A stretch of DNA of 64,000 nt from a virus: IMG/VR virus record IMGVR_UViG_3300028394_002011. The stretch is one strand, 5' to 3'. Below, one piece after another: positions 8,254 to 18,043 of this stretch (the first letter of the stretch is position 1; every line of letters begins with the position of its first letter). The translations under genes and the position numbers were made by a program. The notes below the pieces were generated by a model. It made no database searches. It saw nothing but the letters and a program-made list of their open reading frames with translations, and had not been told where the DNA came from.

Positions 8254-8519
8254 AACTTGTTACCATTGTAGTTGCATTAATCTTAGCAGGTTGTTATCCT
8301 GCTAAGTCCTTTGCTGAAGTAAAAATTCTATCGTTAGAAGAATTGCGCAGTTACCCAGTAGATTGCAAACTAAAAGAAAAACAATTGTCTCATCTTCGTC
8401 AGTTACAAAAAATTAAAAAATTTAATTCCGATCCCGACGAATTGAATGATCTCGATAAGGCATACAACAGCAGATTGAAAGCTACTATTTGGTGGTTCTA
8501 TTTTGGATGCGAAAAATGA
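8250..8519 (+). CDS. Putative lipoprotein or secreted protein
   Basis: MKLVTIVVALILAGC (lipobox). Confidence 0.65.
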   Translation: MKLVTIVVALILAGCYPAKSFAEVKILSLEELRSYPVDCKLKEKQLSHLRQLQKIKKFNSDPDELNDLDKAYNSRLKATIWWFYFGCEK

Positions 8520-9082
8520 TTAAACAATCAATTTTAATATCATTGTTGCTGGTTAATCAAATTGCTCTAGCCAATTGTAATGTTAGATACGCAAGTGTGC
8601 TTAACGGACAGAACATTGTTGGTGAAGTTACTAATTTAAAACAGATCATCACTTTGGGCAAATGCACTGTTCAGTTTAAACTTAATGTAAACAATAAATG
8701 GTACAACATTGAGGAAACGCAAGCAGATCAGTGGACCAAAGAATCAGCCCTATGCCGTGATGCTATCAGATACGGCAAGGAAAAACTTTTGGCTAGCATT
8801 GGTGGAAAATTTACAACTGAAGCGATTACAGTTTGTCGTGAAGGATCTGACAAAACAGAACGTATGGCAAATGAATTCGAACCAATCAAGCTAGCAATTG
8901 GTGATACTATTTTGGAAAATGAAGCAGGTCGTAGTAAAATTGAAAATTACTTTACATACAATAACCAAACTTGTAGGATGTTTACCGAAAAATACACTAT
9001 CAAAGGCAACGTCCAAATTTACAATGGTGTTATCTGTAAAAATCGAATAGACGATAATTGGACTGTGGTAGATAGATGGTAA
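8516..9082 (+). CDS. Putative secreted protein (start reassigned to 8516)
   Basis: Signal peptide MIKQSILISLLLVNQIALA; several Cys. Confidence 0.7.
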   Translation: MIKQSILISLLLVNQIALANCNVRYASVLNGQNIVGEVTNLKQIITLGKCTVQFKLNVNNKWYNIEETQADQWTKESALCRDAIRYGKEKLLASIGGKFTTEAITVCREGSDKTERMANEFEPIKLAIGDTILENEAGRSKIENYFTYNNQTCRMFTEKYTIKGNVQIYNGVICKNRIDDNWTVVDRW

Positions 9083-9091
9083 CCAAATGCT

Positions 9092-9120
9092 TTGACATTT
9101 GACTACGAGTACGCTATAAT
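9092..9120 (+). promoter_or_regulatory. Consensus sigma70-type promoter
   Basis: TTGACA-17 nt-TATAAT. Confidence 0.9.
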
Positions 9121-9155
9121 ACTAACATGTTTAACACACATAGAAAGGCAACTTT

Positions 9156-9284
9156 ATGAAGGCATTTATTTTAGGCACAGTCTTTGGACTAGTCCTAGCA
9201 ACTGTTGGATTTTCTGGCATTGCTAAGATGTTGGACAAAGGCGTAGACACAGTTAAAACACACAGTCAGGAGATGGCAAAATGA
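9156..9284 (+). CDS. Small membrane-anchored protein, 42 aa (not in the ORF track)
   Basis: SD AAGG; MKAFILGTVFGLVLATVGFSGIA. Confidence 0.6.
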   Translation: MKAFILGTVFGLVLATVGFSGIAKMLDKGVDTVKTHSQEMAK

Positions 9285-9403
9285 AAATTCTTGTAGCACT
9301 AATTTTGGCTAGTACACTAGCCGCATGTTCGACAGTTTCGGGACTTGGTAAAGACATTTCGTCAACCGCCGAATGGACTAAAGATAAGATGGGTGGAAAA
9401 TAA
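9281..9403 (+). CDS. Entericidin EcnA/B-like lipoprotein, 40 aa (not in the ORF track)
   Basis: MKILVALILASTLAAC-STVSGLGKDISSTAEW resembles the entericidin C.TxxGxGxDI pattern; SD AGGAG. Confidence 0.65.
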   Translation: MKILVALILASTLAACSTVSGLGKDISSTAEWTKDKMGGK

Positions 9404-9954
9404 TGAAAAAGATTTTTATTGTATTGCCAATCGTGGCCGCACTTACTGCATGTGGTACTACAGACGTTTATCAAAAACGTGCAGACAACGAGCGTGAGCG
9501 TTCTGAACGCTATGTTGAAAAAGCTATCGACAAAGCACCTAAATGGTTCCGTGAACCTCCTATTAGCAATAGTGCTGTTTTTGAAGCAGGCACTAGTGTT
9601 AGTGCAGATTGGAGTATGGCTGATCACAAAGCCAAGGCAGATGCTTACGGCAAGATTTGTATGGCGGCCGGTGGAACTGCAAGTCAGCAAACTAAAATCT
9701 ATCGTACAGATAGCGAAACAACCAGCACTGAGTTTAGTGAGATGGCTTTGCGTACCAATTGCAAAAGTGTCGACTTGACTGGTGTTGAAATTAAAGAAAT
9801 CAAACACATTTCAGAAGGTCCACGTTTCCGTACATACGTATTGGTAGCGTTGCCAACAGGTGATGCAAACGTATTGCGTAAGGCCAAAGAAGCCGCACGT
9901 CAGCGTGAAATTGCCGCAGGTCGTTCTACAGAGGCATTCAAGGAACTTCAGTGA
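9403..9954 (+). CDS. Lipoprotein (LPP20-like)
   Basis: Lipobox LTAC; APKW...P; RTYVLVALP. Confidence 0.7.
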   Translation: MKKIFIVLPIVAALTACGTTDVYQKRADNERERSERYVEKAIDKAPKWFREPPISNSAVFEAGTSVSADWSMADHKAKADAYGKICMAAGGTASQQTKIYRTDSETTSTEFSEMALRTNCKSVDLTGVEIKEIKHISEGPRFRTYVLVALPTGDANVLRKAKEAARQREIAAGRSTEAFKELQ

Positions 9955-10091
9955 TACTCGAAGTATTCCTATACGGCTTTATTACTGCTTTTGGTTGGTG
10001 GAGTGCCAATCATTACGTAATAGAGCCTTATTTTCCTCCACCAATTGAAAAAGTAGAATCAAAAAATAAAGAAAAACAAAAGGAAAATTAA
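9951..10091 (+). CDS. Small membrane protein, 46 aa, GTG start (not in the ORF track)
   Basis: GTGA overlap upstream, TAATG overlap with clpP, SD AGGA. Confidence 0.55.
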   Translation: MILEVFLYGFITAFGWWSANHYVIEPYFPPPIEKVESKNKEKQKEN

Positions 10092-10681
10092 TGCCTAATT
10101 TGGTACCAATGGTTATTGAGCAAGAAGCTCGCGGCGAACGTAGTTACGACATTTACAGTCGTCTGCTCAAAGATCGTATTGTAATGTTAGATACGGATGT
10201 GAACGAACATTCGGCAAGTTTACTAGTTGCACAGTTGCTCTTTTTGGAAAGTCAAGGCAACGAAGACATTACCATGTTCATTAATAGCCCTGGTGGAATG
10301 GTTACTGCTGGTATGGCTATTTACGATACCATGCAATTCATTAAGCCGGATGTGTCCACCGTGGTCATGGGCCAAGCCTGTAGTATGGGTAGTCTACTTG
10401 CTACTGCTGGTGCGGCTGGCAAACGTAAAATGCTTCCTAGTGCTAGACACATGATTCACCAGCCCTCGGGTGGTGCAGGCGGGCAAGCAACAGACATGGA
10501 AATCCAAGTTGAAGAGATTCTCAAAATGAAAAAGAATTTGACACAGATCTATGTTAATCATAATAGCAAGGGCAAAACTTACGAACAGTTTAGGCACGAT
10601 ATGGAACGTGATAAATTTATGAGTGCGCAAGAAGCTTTAGATTACGGTTTGATTGACGAGATCATAACAAAACGCCCATAA
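10091..10681 (+). CDS. clpP: ATP-dependent Clp protease proteolytic subunit
   Basis: [25 protein letters not shown] (catalytic Ser), MIHQP, ERD. Confidence 0.97.
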   Translation: MPNLVPMVIEQEARGERSYDIYSRLLKDRIVMLDTDVNEHSASLLVAQLLFLESQGNEDITMFINSPGGMVTAGMAIYDTMQFIKPDVSTVVMGQACSMGSLLATAGAAGKRKMLPSARHMIHQPSGGAGGQATDMEIQVEEILKMKKNLTQIYVNHNSKGKTYEQFRHDMERDKFMSAQEALDYGLIDEIITKRP

Positions 10682-10698
10682 AGTGCGTACATAATGGT

Positions 10699-10736
10699 AC
10701 ACCCTAGTATACTATAAATATACTTACTAGGAGTGT
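10699..10736 (+). promoter_or_regulatory. TATAAATA late promoter inside an RBS-occluding hairpin
   Basis: ACAC-CCTAGTA pairs with TACTAGG-A-GTGT (covers SD AGGAG); TATAAATA at 10713-10720 lies in the loop. Confidence 0.7.
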
Positions 10737-10739
10737 GAC

Positions 10740-11465
10740 ATGACTCAGCTACCGTTCAATTGGTCGGAACTAACACGCAGTAATCTGTACTCTATGTTCT
10801 ATTCACTTAACAGTGAAATAGTGGGCAAAGAACTGAGTCCTAGCCAAATCCAAAAACGCATTTCTAGGCATGTCAAACGGCATATACCCGTTAAGATTAA
10901 GAAATGCATATATGCACCCACTACCAAAGGTTTTGTTTTTATGGGTGGTGTGTATTATAGCGATTTGGATCGAAAAAAAGTGCCCGCTATAGAAGTTAAT
11001 TTCAACTATAATCCTGAGGATAAAAAGTTAAGATTAACCAATCATCGTTTCAAACGAATGGCTGTGAGATTCGCTGATGTGGTACTGCATGAAATCGTAC
11101 ATCAGCGCCAATTCCGTAGCCGTAATTTTAAAAATATTCCCGGATACCAAAGCACCGCAGAATATGCCAAAGAACGTAAACAGCAAGAGTACTATGGTGA
11201 CCGAGATGAAATGGGTGCTCATGCGTTTAACTGTGCTTGCGAATTGATTGATCGGTTTGGTTATGACACATTTACTATTGGACAATACTTGGATTCAAAC
11301 CAATGTCGACGCCATAAAAATTCCACATGGAATGACTATTTGAAAGCATTTGACTGGAATCACAATCATCCAATTATACGCAGGATGAGAAATTTGGTTG
11401 TGCGTAATTTGGAAAATGCACACTTCGGCAAGCCATTTAAGACCACAAATCACTTGACATACTGA
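10740..11465 (+). CDS. Hypothetical HExxH protein, paralogue of 2379..3047
   Basis: VLHEIVHQRQ...DEMGAHAF. Confidence 0.75.
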   Translation: MTQLPFNWSELTRSNLYSMFYSLNSEIVGKELSPSQIQKRISRHVKRHIPVKIKKCIYAPTTKGFVFMGGVYYSDLDRKKVPAIEVNFNYNPEDKKLRLTNHRFKRMAVRFADVVLHEIVHQRQFRSRNFKNIPGYQSTAEYAKERKQQEYYGDRDEMGAHAFNCACELIDRFGYDTFTIGQYLDSNQCRRHKNSTWNDYLKAFDWNHNHPIIRRMRNLVVRNLENAHFGKPFKTTNHLTY

Positions 11466-11482
11466 TAATTACTCTGTATAAT
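11454..11482 (+). promoter_or_regulatory. Consensus sigma70-type promoter for the DNA ligase operon
   Basis: TTGACA-17 nt-TATAAT overlapping the upstream stop codon. Confidence 0.9.
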
Positions 11483-11514
11483 ATAAACTTATACAGTTAA
11501 TCATCGGAGTCAAA

Positions 11515-12840
11515 ATGAGCGTTTGTGCCAGTCATATTTGGAATTTAGAAACCCATAATTCACGTTTAGATAAAGAAGGCATCATTGAAGTCATTGCACA
11601 GGAAAAGTGCGATGAATTTTTCGAAGGTTGTCGACTGGCTCTTGATCCCATGATTACTTTTGGACTCAAACAAATTCCGGAGAAAAAAGATGAGGATGGG
11701 CCTGGCTTACCTTGGAGTAGTTTTACTCTCGCTCTTACTGGTTTCGTTACTCGCAACGTCACCGGTAATACAGCACGTGACATGATTCAAGCAATGATGA
11801 AATCAGCTACCCAAAAAGAATGGAATGGCTGGTACCGTCGTATTTTGATCAAAGACTTGCGCTGTGGTGTAAGCGAAAAAACAATTAATAAAGTTGTGGA
11901 GAAGAAATATGCTGATTATGCTATTCCTGTTTTTGGTTGTCAGCTTGCTCACGATAGTGCTAACCATGAAAGCAAAGTCGCAGGGAAAAAACTTATCGAA
12001 GTTAAACTCGATGGCGTTCGTGTTATCACTATTGTACGTAGTGACGGCCGGGTGGATATGTTTAGTCGCAATGGTAAAGAGCTTGCAAACTTTCCTCACA
12101 TAACAGAACAGATCAGCAATGTGGTCAAAACACATGGCACTGACCAAAATATAGATGTTGTGTTGGACGGCGAGATCATGTCAAGCAGTTTCCAAGACTT
12201 GATGAAGCAGGTACATCGTAAGGACAACGTGGAAGCAGGCGATGCTGTTCTTAATTTGTTTGATGTAATACCACTGGCAGATTTTGAAAAAGGATTTTGG
12301 GACAAAGATCAATCCACTCGTAGTGACATGGTATATTACTGGCACAAGACTTATAAACACTTGTTGCCCAATGTCACAGTCGTTGGACATGAGTTAGTTG
12401 ATTTGGATACTGATGATGGACAAGTGCGTTATAAAGAAATTAATGCACAGGCCGTTGCCGGTGGGTACGAAGGTATTATGATTAAAGATCCTGCGGCACC
12501 TTATGAATGTAAACGTAGTGTGGCGTGGCTGAAGTTAAAGCCTTTTATTGAAGTGTCTTTGGAGGTAGTGGATGTCGAAGAAGGAACAGGAAGAAATATT
12601 GGACGCCTTGGAGCAATTGTATGCCAAGGAGTCGACGACGAAAAAACTATTCGAGTCAATGTCGGTAGTGGTTTTAGCGATAGTGATCGCGATAGTTATT
12701 GGGGTTCACGTGATTCCATACTTGGTCAGATCGTGGAAGTGCGAGCAGATGCCGTTACAAGGAACCAAGACGGAACATACAGTTTGCGCTTTCCAAGGTT
12801 CTTACGGTTCAGGGGCTTTGAAGTAGGAGAAAAACTATGA
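11515..12840 (+). CDS. ATP-dependent DNA ligase
   Basis: EVKLDGVR (adenylated Lys), LDGEI, EGIMIK, WLKLKP, VGSGF, SLRFPRF. Confidence 0.95.
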   Translation: MSVCASHIWNLETHNSRLDKEGIIEVIAQEKCDEFFEGCRLALDPMITFGLKQIPEKKDEDGPGLPWSSFTLALTGFVTRNVTGNTARDMIQAMMKSATQKEWNGWYRRILIKDLRCGVSEKTINKVVEKKYADYAIPVFGCQLAHDSANHESKVAGKKLIEVKLDGVRVITIVRSDGRVDMFSRNGKELANFPHITEQISNVVKTHGTDQNIDVVLDGEIMSSSFQDLMKQVHRKDNVEAGDAVLNLFDVIPLADFEKGFWDKDQSTRSDMVYYWHKTYKHLLPNVTVVGHELVDLDTDDGQVRYKEINAQAVAGGYEGIMIKDPAAPYECKRSVAWLKLKPFIEVSLEVVDVEEGTGRNIGRLGAIVCQGVDDEKTIRVNVGSGFSDSDRDSYWGSRDSILGQIVEVRADAVTRNQDGTYSLRFPRFLRFRGFEVGEKL

Positions 12841-13037
12841 CAGAAATCAGTAGAGTATCTGCACAAAATGCAGAAATGTATCGTCAGACAGAAATTAAAA
12901 AATTGGACAAGCGGCACGAAGAACTTCGCATTGAAGAACAACGTGTTAAATTAAACCTCAGAGCAAATGAACAAGCAAGGCTCGACATGAACCGACGGAT
13001 GAACCGTGCAGGACAAAACGTAGATAGGATGGCATAA
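12837..13037 (+). CDS. Small coiled-coil protein
   Basis: Charged helical 66 aa ORF, ATGA and TAATG overlaps. Confidence 0.65.
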   Translation: MTEISRVSAQNAEMYRQTEIKKLDKRHEELRIEEQRVKLNLRANEQARLDMNRRMNRAGQNVDRMA

Positions 13038-13402
13038 TGACAAACCCATTTAGAGATCAAGAAAAATTTATGAAGGCCTGCGATCAAACCGCAGGAGGTG
13101 AATTTGACCAAGAACAATTTAAAATGTATCTTGGCCTTATTGATGAAGAATACAAAGAACTTAGAGTTGCAGTGGACGACAATGATCAATTGGAAACACT
13201 TGACGCATTGATTGATATTTTGGTTGTCACTATCGGTGCTATCCATAGCATGGGGTCGGATGCAGAAGGTGCATGGAAAGAAGTTATGAAGACAAACTTT
13301 GCCAAAGTTGATCACGACACGGGCAAGGTTCGCAAGCGTGAAGATGGAAAAGTGTTAAAACCTGTGGGCTGGGTGCCGCCCAATCTCAAACCATTTATTT
13401 AA
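13037..13402 (+). CDS. MazG-like NTP pyrophosphohydrolase (all-alpha)
   Basis: LIDEEYKEL...ETLDALIDILVV...TNFAK...REDGKVLKP. Confidence 0.85.
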   Translation: MTNPFRDQEKFMKACDQTAGGEFDQEQFKMYLGLIDEEYKELRVAVDDNDQLETLDALIDILVVTIGAIHSMGSDAEGAWKEVMKTNFAKVDHDTGKVRKREDGKVLKPVGWVPPNLKPFI

Positions 13403-13414
13403 AGGAGAAAAAAA

Positions 13415-14110
13415 ATGTTTGGTGCAAATTATACAAATGGCGGAATTTTAAATTATAGATCCGCCGCTGAAATCAATTCAGCCATGGGCCGTGTGTACGG
13501 ACATATGAGTCTTGCTGTTATTGTTTCTATGATGGTCAGCTACTTTGTTGGCACTAGTCCAGAGTTGCTGGAATTCTTTTTTACAGGTGTACTAAAGTGG
13601 ATTGTGATCTTTGCTCCGCTGGCGGCAATCTTTGGTATTAGCTTTGTGTTAGGTAACAATCCTAGCAAAGGTGTAGCGCAGTTATGCTTACATGGTTTTG
13701 CGGCATTAATGGGTCTGAGCTTTGCCACAATTTTTGCTGTGTTTACCATGGGATCAATTGTGTCGGCCTTTATGGGTGCGGCAATCTTGTTTGGTGTAAT
13801 GAGTGGCTATGGCTATTTTACCAAACGGAGTCTAGATAGTCTTGGTAAGTTTATGTTTGTTGGTTTAATTGCAATTGTTATTGCCAGCATCGTCAATATC
13901 TTTATTGGTAGTACTGTGATGCAGATGGTGATTTCTGCACTAGCCATTATTATCTTTTTAGGACTTACTGCTTATGATACACAACAAATTCGAGAAGAGC
14001 TAAGTGTAGAGACTAGTGACAGCGCAGAAATTCGTGGAGCACTAACTCTGTACATGGACTTTATCAACTTGTTTATCAACTTGTTACAGTTGTTTGGAGA
14101 TAGAAAATGA
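13415..14110 (+). CDS. yccA: BAX inhibitor-1/YccA family membrane protein
   Basis: About 7 TM helices; GLTAYDTQ and ALTLYMDFINLF motifs. Confidence 0.9.
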   Translation: MFGANYTNGGILNYRSAAEINSAMGRVYGHMSLAVIVSMMVSYFVGTSPELLEFFFTGVLKWIVIFAPLAAIFGISFVLGNNPSKGVAQLCLHGFAALMGLSFATIFAVFTMGSIVSAFMGAAILFGVMSGYGYFTKRSLDSLGKFMFVGLIAIVIASIVNIFIGSTVMQMVISALAIIIFLGLTAYDTQQIREELSVETSDSAEIRGALTLYMDFINLFINLLQLFGDRK

Positions 14111-14544
14111 TTCGTGAATACATCAATATTGTAGAAGGTCTGCATATTACTGACGACTGGTTCAAGGACGGTGGATTCAAAGCCTACAAACGTCCTGCCA
14201 AAGAACGTTATGAGATTGCAGATGAACCTGGCACTATTGATACACTGGAAGGACCAGTCAAGTATTCTAAAGGTTTTTATATTATGACTGGGCCCAAAGG
14301 AGAACAATATCCTATCAGTCCAGAACGGTTTGACGATCTTAAAGACGATTTGGGAGATGGAGTTTGTACACCAAAAAAGATCGTCAAATGGGCCAAGTTG
14401 GCGGATCGTTCCGGATCAGTTGACACCAGCTGGGGAGAGAAGCTACACTATAATCCAGGCGAAGATGTTATCGTTCGCCATGGTGAAAATGATTACGGTG
14501 TAGTCAAAAAAGACATCTTTGCACAAACATACGAGAAAATATAA
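14107..14544 (+). CDS. PGDYG-like protein
   Basis: Two repeats: TLEG......GPKGEQYP and TSWG....PGEDVIV...DY.VVK.DIF..TY. Confidence 0.7.
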   Translation: MIREYINIVEGLHITDDWFKDGGFKAYKRPAKERYEIADEPGTIDTLEGPVKYSKGFYIMTGPKGEQYPISPERFDDLKDDLGDGVCTPKKIVKWAKLADRSGSVDTSWGEKLHYNPGEDVIVRHGENDYGVVKKDIFAQTYEKI

Positions 14545-15383
14545 TGGCACAACATAGCACATATTGGAGTTGTACTCCATTTGCAGACTGGATTCGAGGC
14601 ACTAAGAAGTTGAGTGCGGGCACAGCCGAAGAATGGAACGAGTGGACCACTCGGGCTCAAATGAAACACAACTTCCGTTATTGGCTAGCAGAAGAAGCAC
14701 TTGGACACGTTCAAGATTTTGTCACATGGCCTGTAAGGAAAATTTATGATGCAAAGTATTATATCAATAATCGATTCGTTACTCGAACCCACTCACTCAC
14801 TGCTCACCCTCGTGATATTACCCCTGGTAATTGGTGCGATGTTGGCAATCGTTTTCTCCCATGTCTTTTTAACGAACTTGTGGATTTTGTTGAAGTAGAG
14901 TCTGCATGGAGTCACATCGCTTGGGGAAGCAAAGAAGATCGTGCCAAATACAATCCTCCTTTCTGGGCCAGTGGTTGGTGGCGTTGGAGAACTTGGCGTT
15001 GCCCACAAGCAGGACTTGATCATCTCGATTGGGCAATGACTTTGACTAACACTGACTGGTGTGAACCAGATCATCCTGACTACGGCAAACCTACCGGACA
15101 AGCAATTCGTGCCAAAGAAATCAAAGAGCTGTACACTTGGTGGACAGTGACTTATCGCAACCGACCCGATCCATATGAAGCCAGCGGGTGGACTGCGGCC
15201 TGCGAAGCAAGTCGTATCGCCAATGGTGGCAAGTTAAATTGGGGACAAGAAAAAGATCCTACACTTAAAAAGGCCAGCGATAAAGCACACAAGCTACTGC
15301 AAAAGATTGAAGCATCTTACGAAAAAGAAGATACCGAAATGATGATTCGTCTTATCAAAGCTCGCGATAGCCTATGGACATAA
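14544..15383 (+). CDS. Trp-rich hypothetical phage protein
   Basis: 279 aa ORF, TAATG overlap. Confidence 0.8.
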   Translation: MAQHSTYWSCTPFADWIRGTKKLSAGTAEEWNEWTTRAQMKHNFRYWLAEEALGHVQDFVTWPVRKIYDAKYYINNRFVTRTHSLTAHPRDITPGNWCDVGNRFLPCLFNELVDFVEVESAWSHIAWGSKEDRAKYNPPFWASGWWRWRTWRCPQAGLDHLDWAMTLTNTDWCEPDHPDYGKPTGQAIRAKEIKELYTWWTVTYRNRPDPYEASGWTAACEASRIANGGKLNWGQEKDPTLKKASDKAHKLLQKIEASYEKEDTEMMIRLIKARDSLWT

Positions 15384-16736
15384 ATGAAAAACGAAAAACA
15401 AAAATTAACCGATGTTGTTATTAAATTAAAAAATGTAAGTGAAAGTTTTTGTCTAGCTAAATGGTATCAATTGACGTTATACCTTCAGACTGGATTTAAT
15501 CATAGTTGTCACCATCCAAGCCCGCATAAAGTTTCTATAGAAGAACTTAATCAAAATTACAAAGCACTGCATAATACTAAGTTTAAAAAAGAACAAATGC
15601 AAAAGATGCTAGACGGTGAACGTCCTAGCGAGTGCGATTATTGCTGGCGAGCAGAAGACGCAGGTCATATTAGTGATCGATTTTATAAAAGTGCCGGGCA
15701 TTGGGCTATGCCTTACATAGACGATGTTGTTAAAAATAAAACTGCTGACATTGAGCCAAGGTATGTTGAAATTAGTTTTAGTAACGTGTGCAATTTTAAG
15801 TGTGCATATTGCAGTCCAGATTTAAGTAGTCAGTGGCATGAAGAAATTTCAAAACATGGAGCATACCCTACTAGTCAAAATTACAACGGATTTGATTGGT
15901 TTAAACAAGTAGGCAAAATGCCTATTAAACATAGTGATCCAAATCCTTATGTAGATGCATTTTGGACCTGGTGGCCTGAATTATACAAAAATTTACATAC
16001 ATTAAGATTAACCGGCGGCGAACCATTGTTGAGCAAAGACGTGTGGCGCATGTTAGACGCTATCGAAGCTGAACCAAAGAAGGATCTAGTATTTGCTATT
16101 AATTCTAATCTAGGTGTTGGTAGAGATATGATTGACAGAATGATTACTAAAATTAATAACATTAGTAAAAACATTCAAGAAGTACAAATTTTTACTAGCG
16201 GCGAAGCTATGGGTGAGCAAGGCGAGTATATAAGATACGGGCTTGATTATAAAGAGTGGTGTCAAAATTTAGAATATGTATTAGACAATACTAATAATAT
16301 TGTAGCAGTAATGACTACTGTGAATCTAACTAGCATTACCACTTATTGTAATTTTATAAGGTACTTGTTAGATCTACGTGGTCATTATAATAAAACTGCT
16401 ACATTCAATAAAGTTCAATTTATGACTAATACATTGCGTTATCCTGAATTTTTATCATTGACTTTATTGGATCAAACTAGTAAAATAAAATTTGCACAAG
16501 ATGTTGAACAGTTAATAGAAGAACGTGGTAAGTTCGATGGATTAGCCACATTATCATTTAGTGAGATAGATCAACTACGCCGAATGGTTGACTATATGAA
16601 TGAAACTAATCCTAACGAAGAAATGCTACGCAAAGACTTTGCATCGTTTATTACAGAGTATGATAGTAGACGCAATACTGATTTTAATCAAACATTTCCC
16701 GAACTTACTGAATTTTATAAACTATGTCAGAATTAA
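15384..16736 (+). CDS. Radical SAM protein with N-terminal twitch/SPASM-like domain (RS1)
   Basis: FCLAKW...SCHH...ECDYCW; core CNFKCAYC; TGGEP. Confidence 0.92.
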   Translation: MKNEKQKLTDVVIKLKNVSESFCLAKWYQLTLYLQTGFNHSCHHPSPHKVSIEELNQNYKALHNTKFKKEQMQKMLDGERPSECDYCWRAEDAGHISDRFYKSAGHWAMPYIDDVVKNKTADIEPRYVEISFSNVCNFKCAYCSPDLSSQWHEEISKHGAYPTSQNYNGFDWFKQVGKMPIKHSDPNPYVDAFWTWWPELYKNLHTLRLTGGEPLLSKDVWRMLDAIEAEPKKDLVFAINSNLGVGRDMIDRMITKINNISKNIQEVQIFTSGEAMGEQGEYIRYGLDYKEWCQNLEYVLDNTNNIVAVMTTVNLTSITTYCNFIRYLLDLRGHYNKTATFNKVQFMTNTLRYPEFLSLTLLDQTSKIKFAQDVEQLIEERGKFDGLATLSFSEIDQLRRMVDYMNETNPNEEMLRKDFASFITEYDSRRNTDFNQTFPELTEFYKLCQN

Positions 16737-18043
16737 AAAAAACTATCAAAATTATAAATGACATTAGTCCAAGTTTTTGTGCGGCTAAATGGTATAATGC
16801 TACAATATGGTTAGGCAACGGCAGGACTGCAAGTTGCCACTTACCACCAGCACATACTATTCCTTTGAAAGAAATAGCAGTCAATCCTAGTGCGTTGCAT
16901 AATACTGAATTTAAAAAACAACGTAGAGAAGAAATGCTTGCAGGAGTGAGATGTGAAGAATGTGCATATTGCTGGACTGTGGAAGATGCTAACGCTCCTG
17001 ATGTGTTTAGCGATAGAGCTTATAAAAGTAATATCTATTCAGAAACCGATATTAATAATTTAGCAGGATTTACAGGAAATATAAATCCTAAGACTTTAGA
17101 AATTAGTTTTGATAACTTGTGCAATTTAAGTTGCAGTTATTGTAATGCAGAATTTAGTACTACTTGGGCAAGTGATATAAAAGAAAATGGGCCGTATGCT
17201 AATTTAAAAACTAGCGGTGGTGGCACATTCCAAAATGCAGGCGAACACGCAATGCCCTATGGAATTAAAAATGAAGATAATCCTTACATTAAAGCATTCT
17301 TTATTTGGTTTAATTCAGGTTTAAAAAACGAACTTCAAGAGTTACGTGTTACCGGCGGCGAACCCACACGAAGTCCGTGGTTTTGGAAATTGCTAGAAGA
17401 GTGCAAAGATACTACATTTGATTTTGCTGTAAATTCCAATTTGATCATGGATCAAAATAAAATGAAACAGCTTATAGAAGCTAGTAAGAAGTTTCAAAAA
17501 TTTGATTTGTATACCAGCGGAGAAGGATACGGTGCTCACGGTGAATTTATACGTGATGGTCTAGACTACACACTATGGCGCAATAATTTAATTCAGTTTG
17601 CTACCGAAGGACATTATAAAATGATCCATGTTATGCTAACTATCAGCGCATTAAGTATATGGACTATTACAGAATTCATGGATGATGTTTTAGATTTGAG
17701 AAAGAAATTCAATGGGCATCAGTTTCATATGAGTGTTAATATATTGAGATTTCCAAGTTTTCAAAATTTAAATGTGTTGCCTGTAGAATTAAAAATTGCA
17801 CAAGCTGACAAAATAGAAACTTGGTTGTCACAGCCCCATAACATTTCAGGACATGAACGCAATCAAATTGAAAGATTAATTGCATATTTACGTAACGTAG
17901 AACGTAGCCAGGAAGATCAAGATAGTTTAGAAAATAAGATAAATGACTTTGTACAGTTTACACGGCAGTATGCTATGAGAAAAAACAAAGACATAGCATC
18001 TAGTTTTCCGGCAGAATTTATTAATTGGATCAATTCAATATGA
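16724..18043 (+). CDS. Radical SAM protein with N-terminal twitch-like domain (RS2)
   Basis: FCAAKW...SCHL...ECAYCW; core CNLSCSYC; TGGEP. Confidence 0.92.
   Translation: MSELKKTIKIINDISPSFCAAKWYNATIWLGNGRTASCHLPPAHTIPLKEIAVNPSALHNTEFKKQRREEMLAGVRCEECAYCWTVEDANAPDVFSDRAYKSNIYSETDINNLAGFTGNINPKTLEISFDNLCNLSCSYCNAEFSTTWASDIKENGPYANLKTSGGGTFQNAGEHAMPYGIKNEDNPYIKAFFIWFNSGLKNELQELRVTGGEPTRSPWFWKLLEECKDTTFDFAVNSNLIMDQNKMKQLIEASKKFQKFDLYTSGEGYGAHGEFIRDGLDYTLWRNNLIQFATEGHYKMIHVMLTISALSIWTITEFMDDVLDLRKKFNGHQFHMSVNILRFPSFQNLNVLPVELKIAQADKIETWLSQPHNISGHERNQIERLIAYLRNVERSQEDQDSLENKINDFVQFTRQYAMRKNKDIASSFPAEFINWINSI

Noticed and set aside
9084-9101. 6-bp inverted repeat CAAATG/CATTTG over a -35 box, and similar GTCAA/TTGAC pairs at other promoters
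   Set aside because: Short, variable spacing, expected by chance in AT-rich DNA; no shared operator consensus.
9253-9807. 184 aa minus-strand ORF
   Set aside because: Lies opposite three well-supported plus-strand lipoprotein/membrane genes; no motif or RBS.
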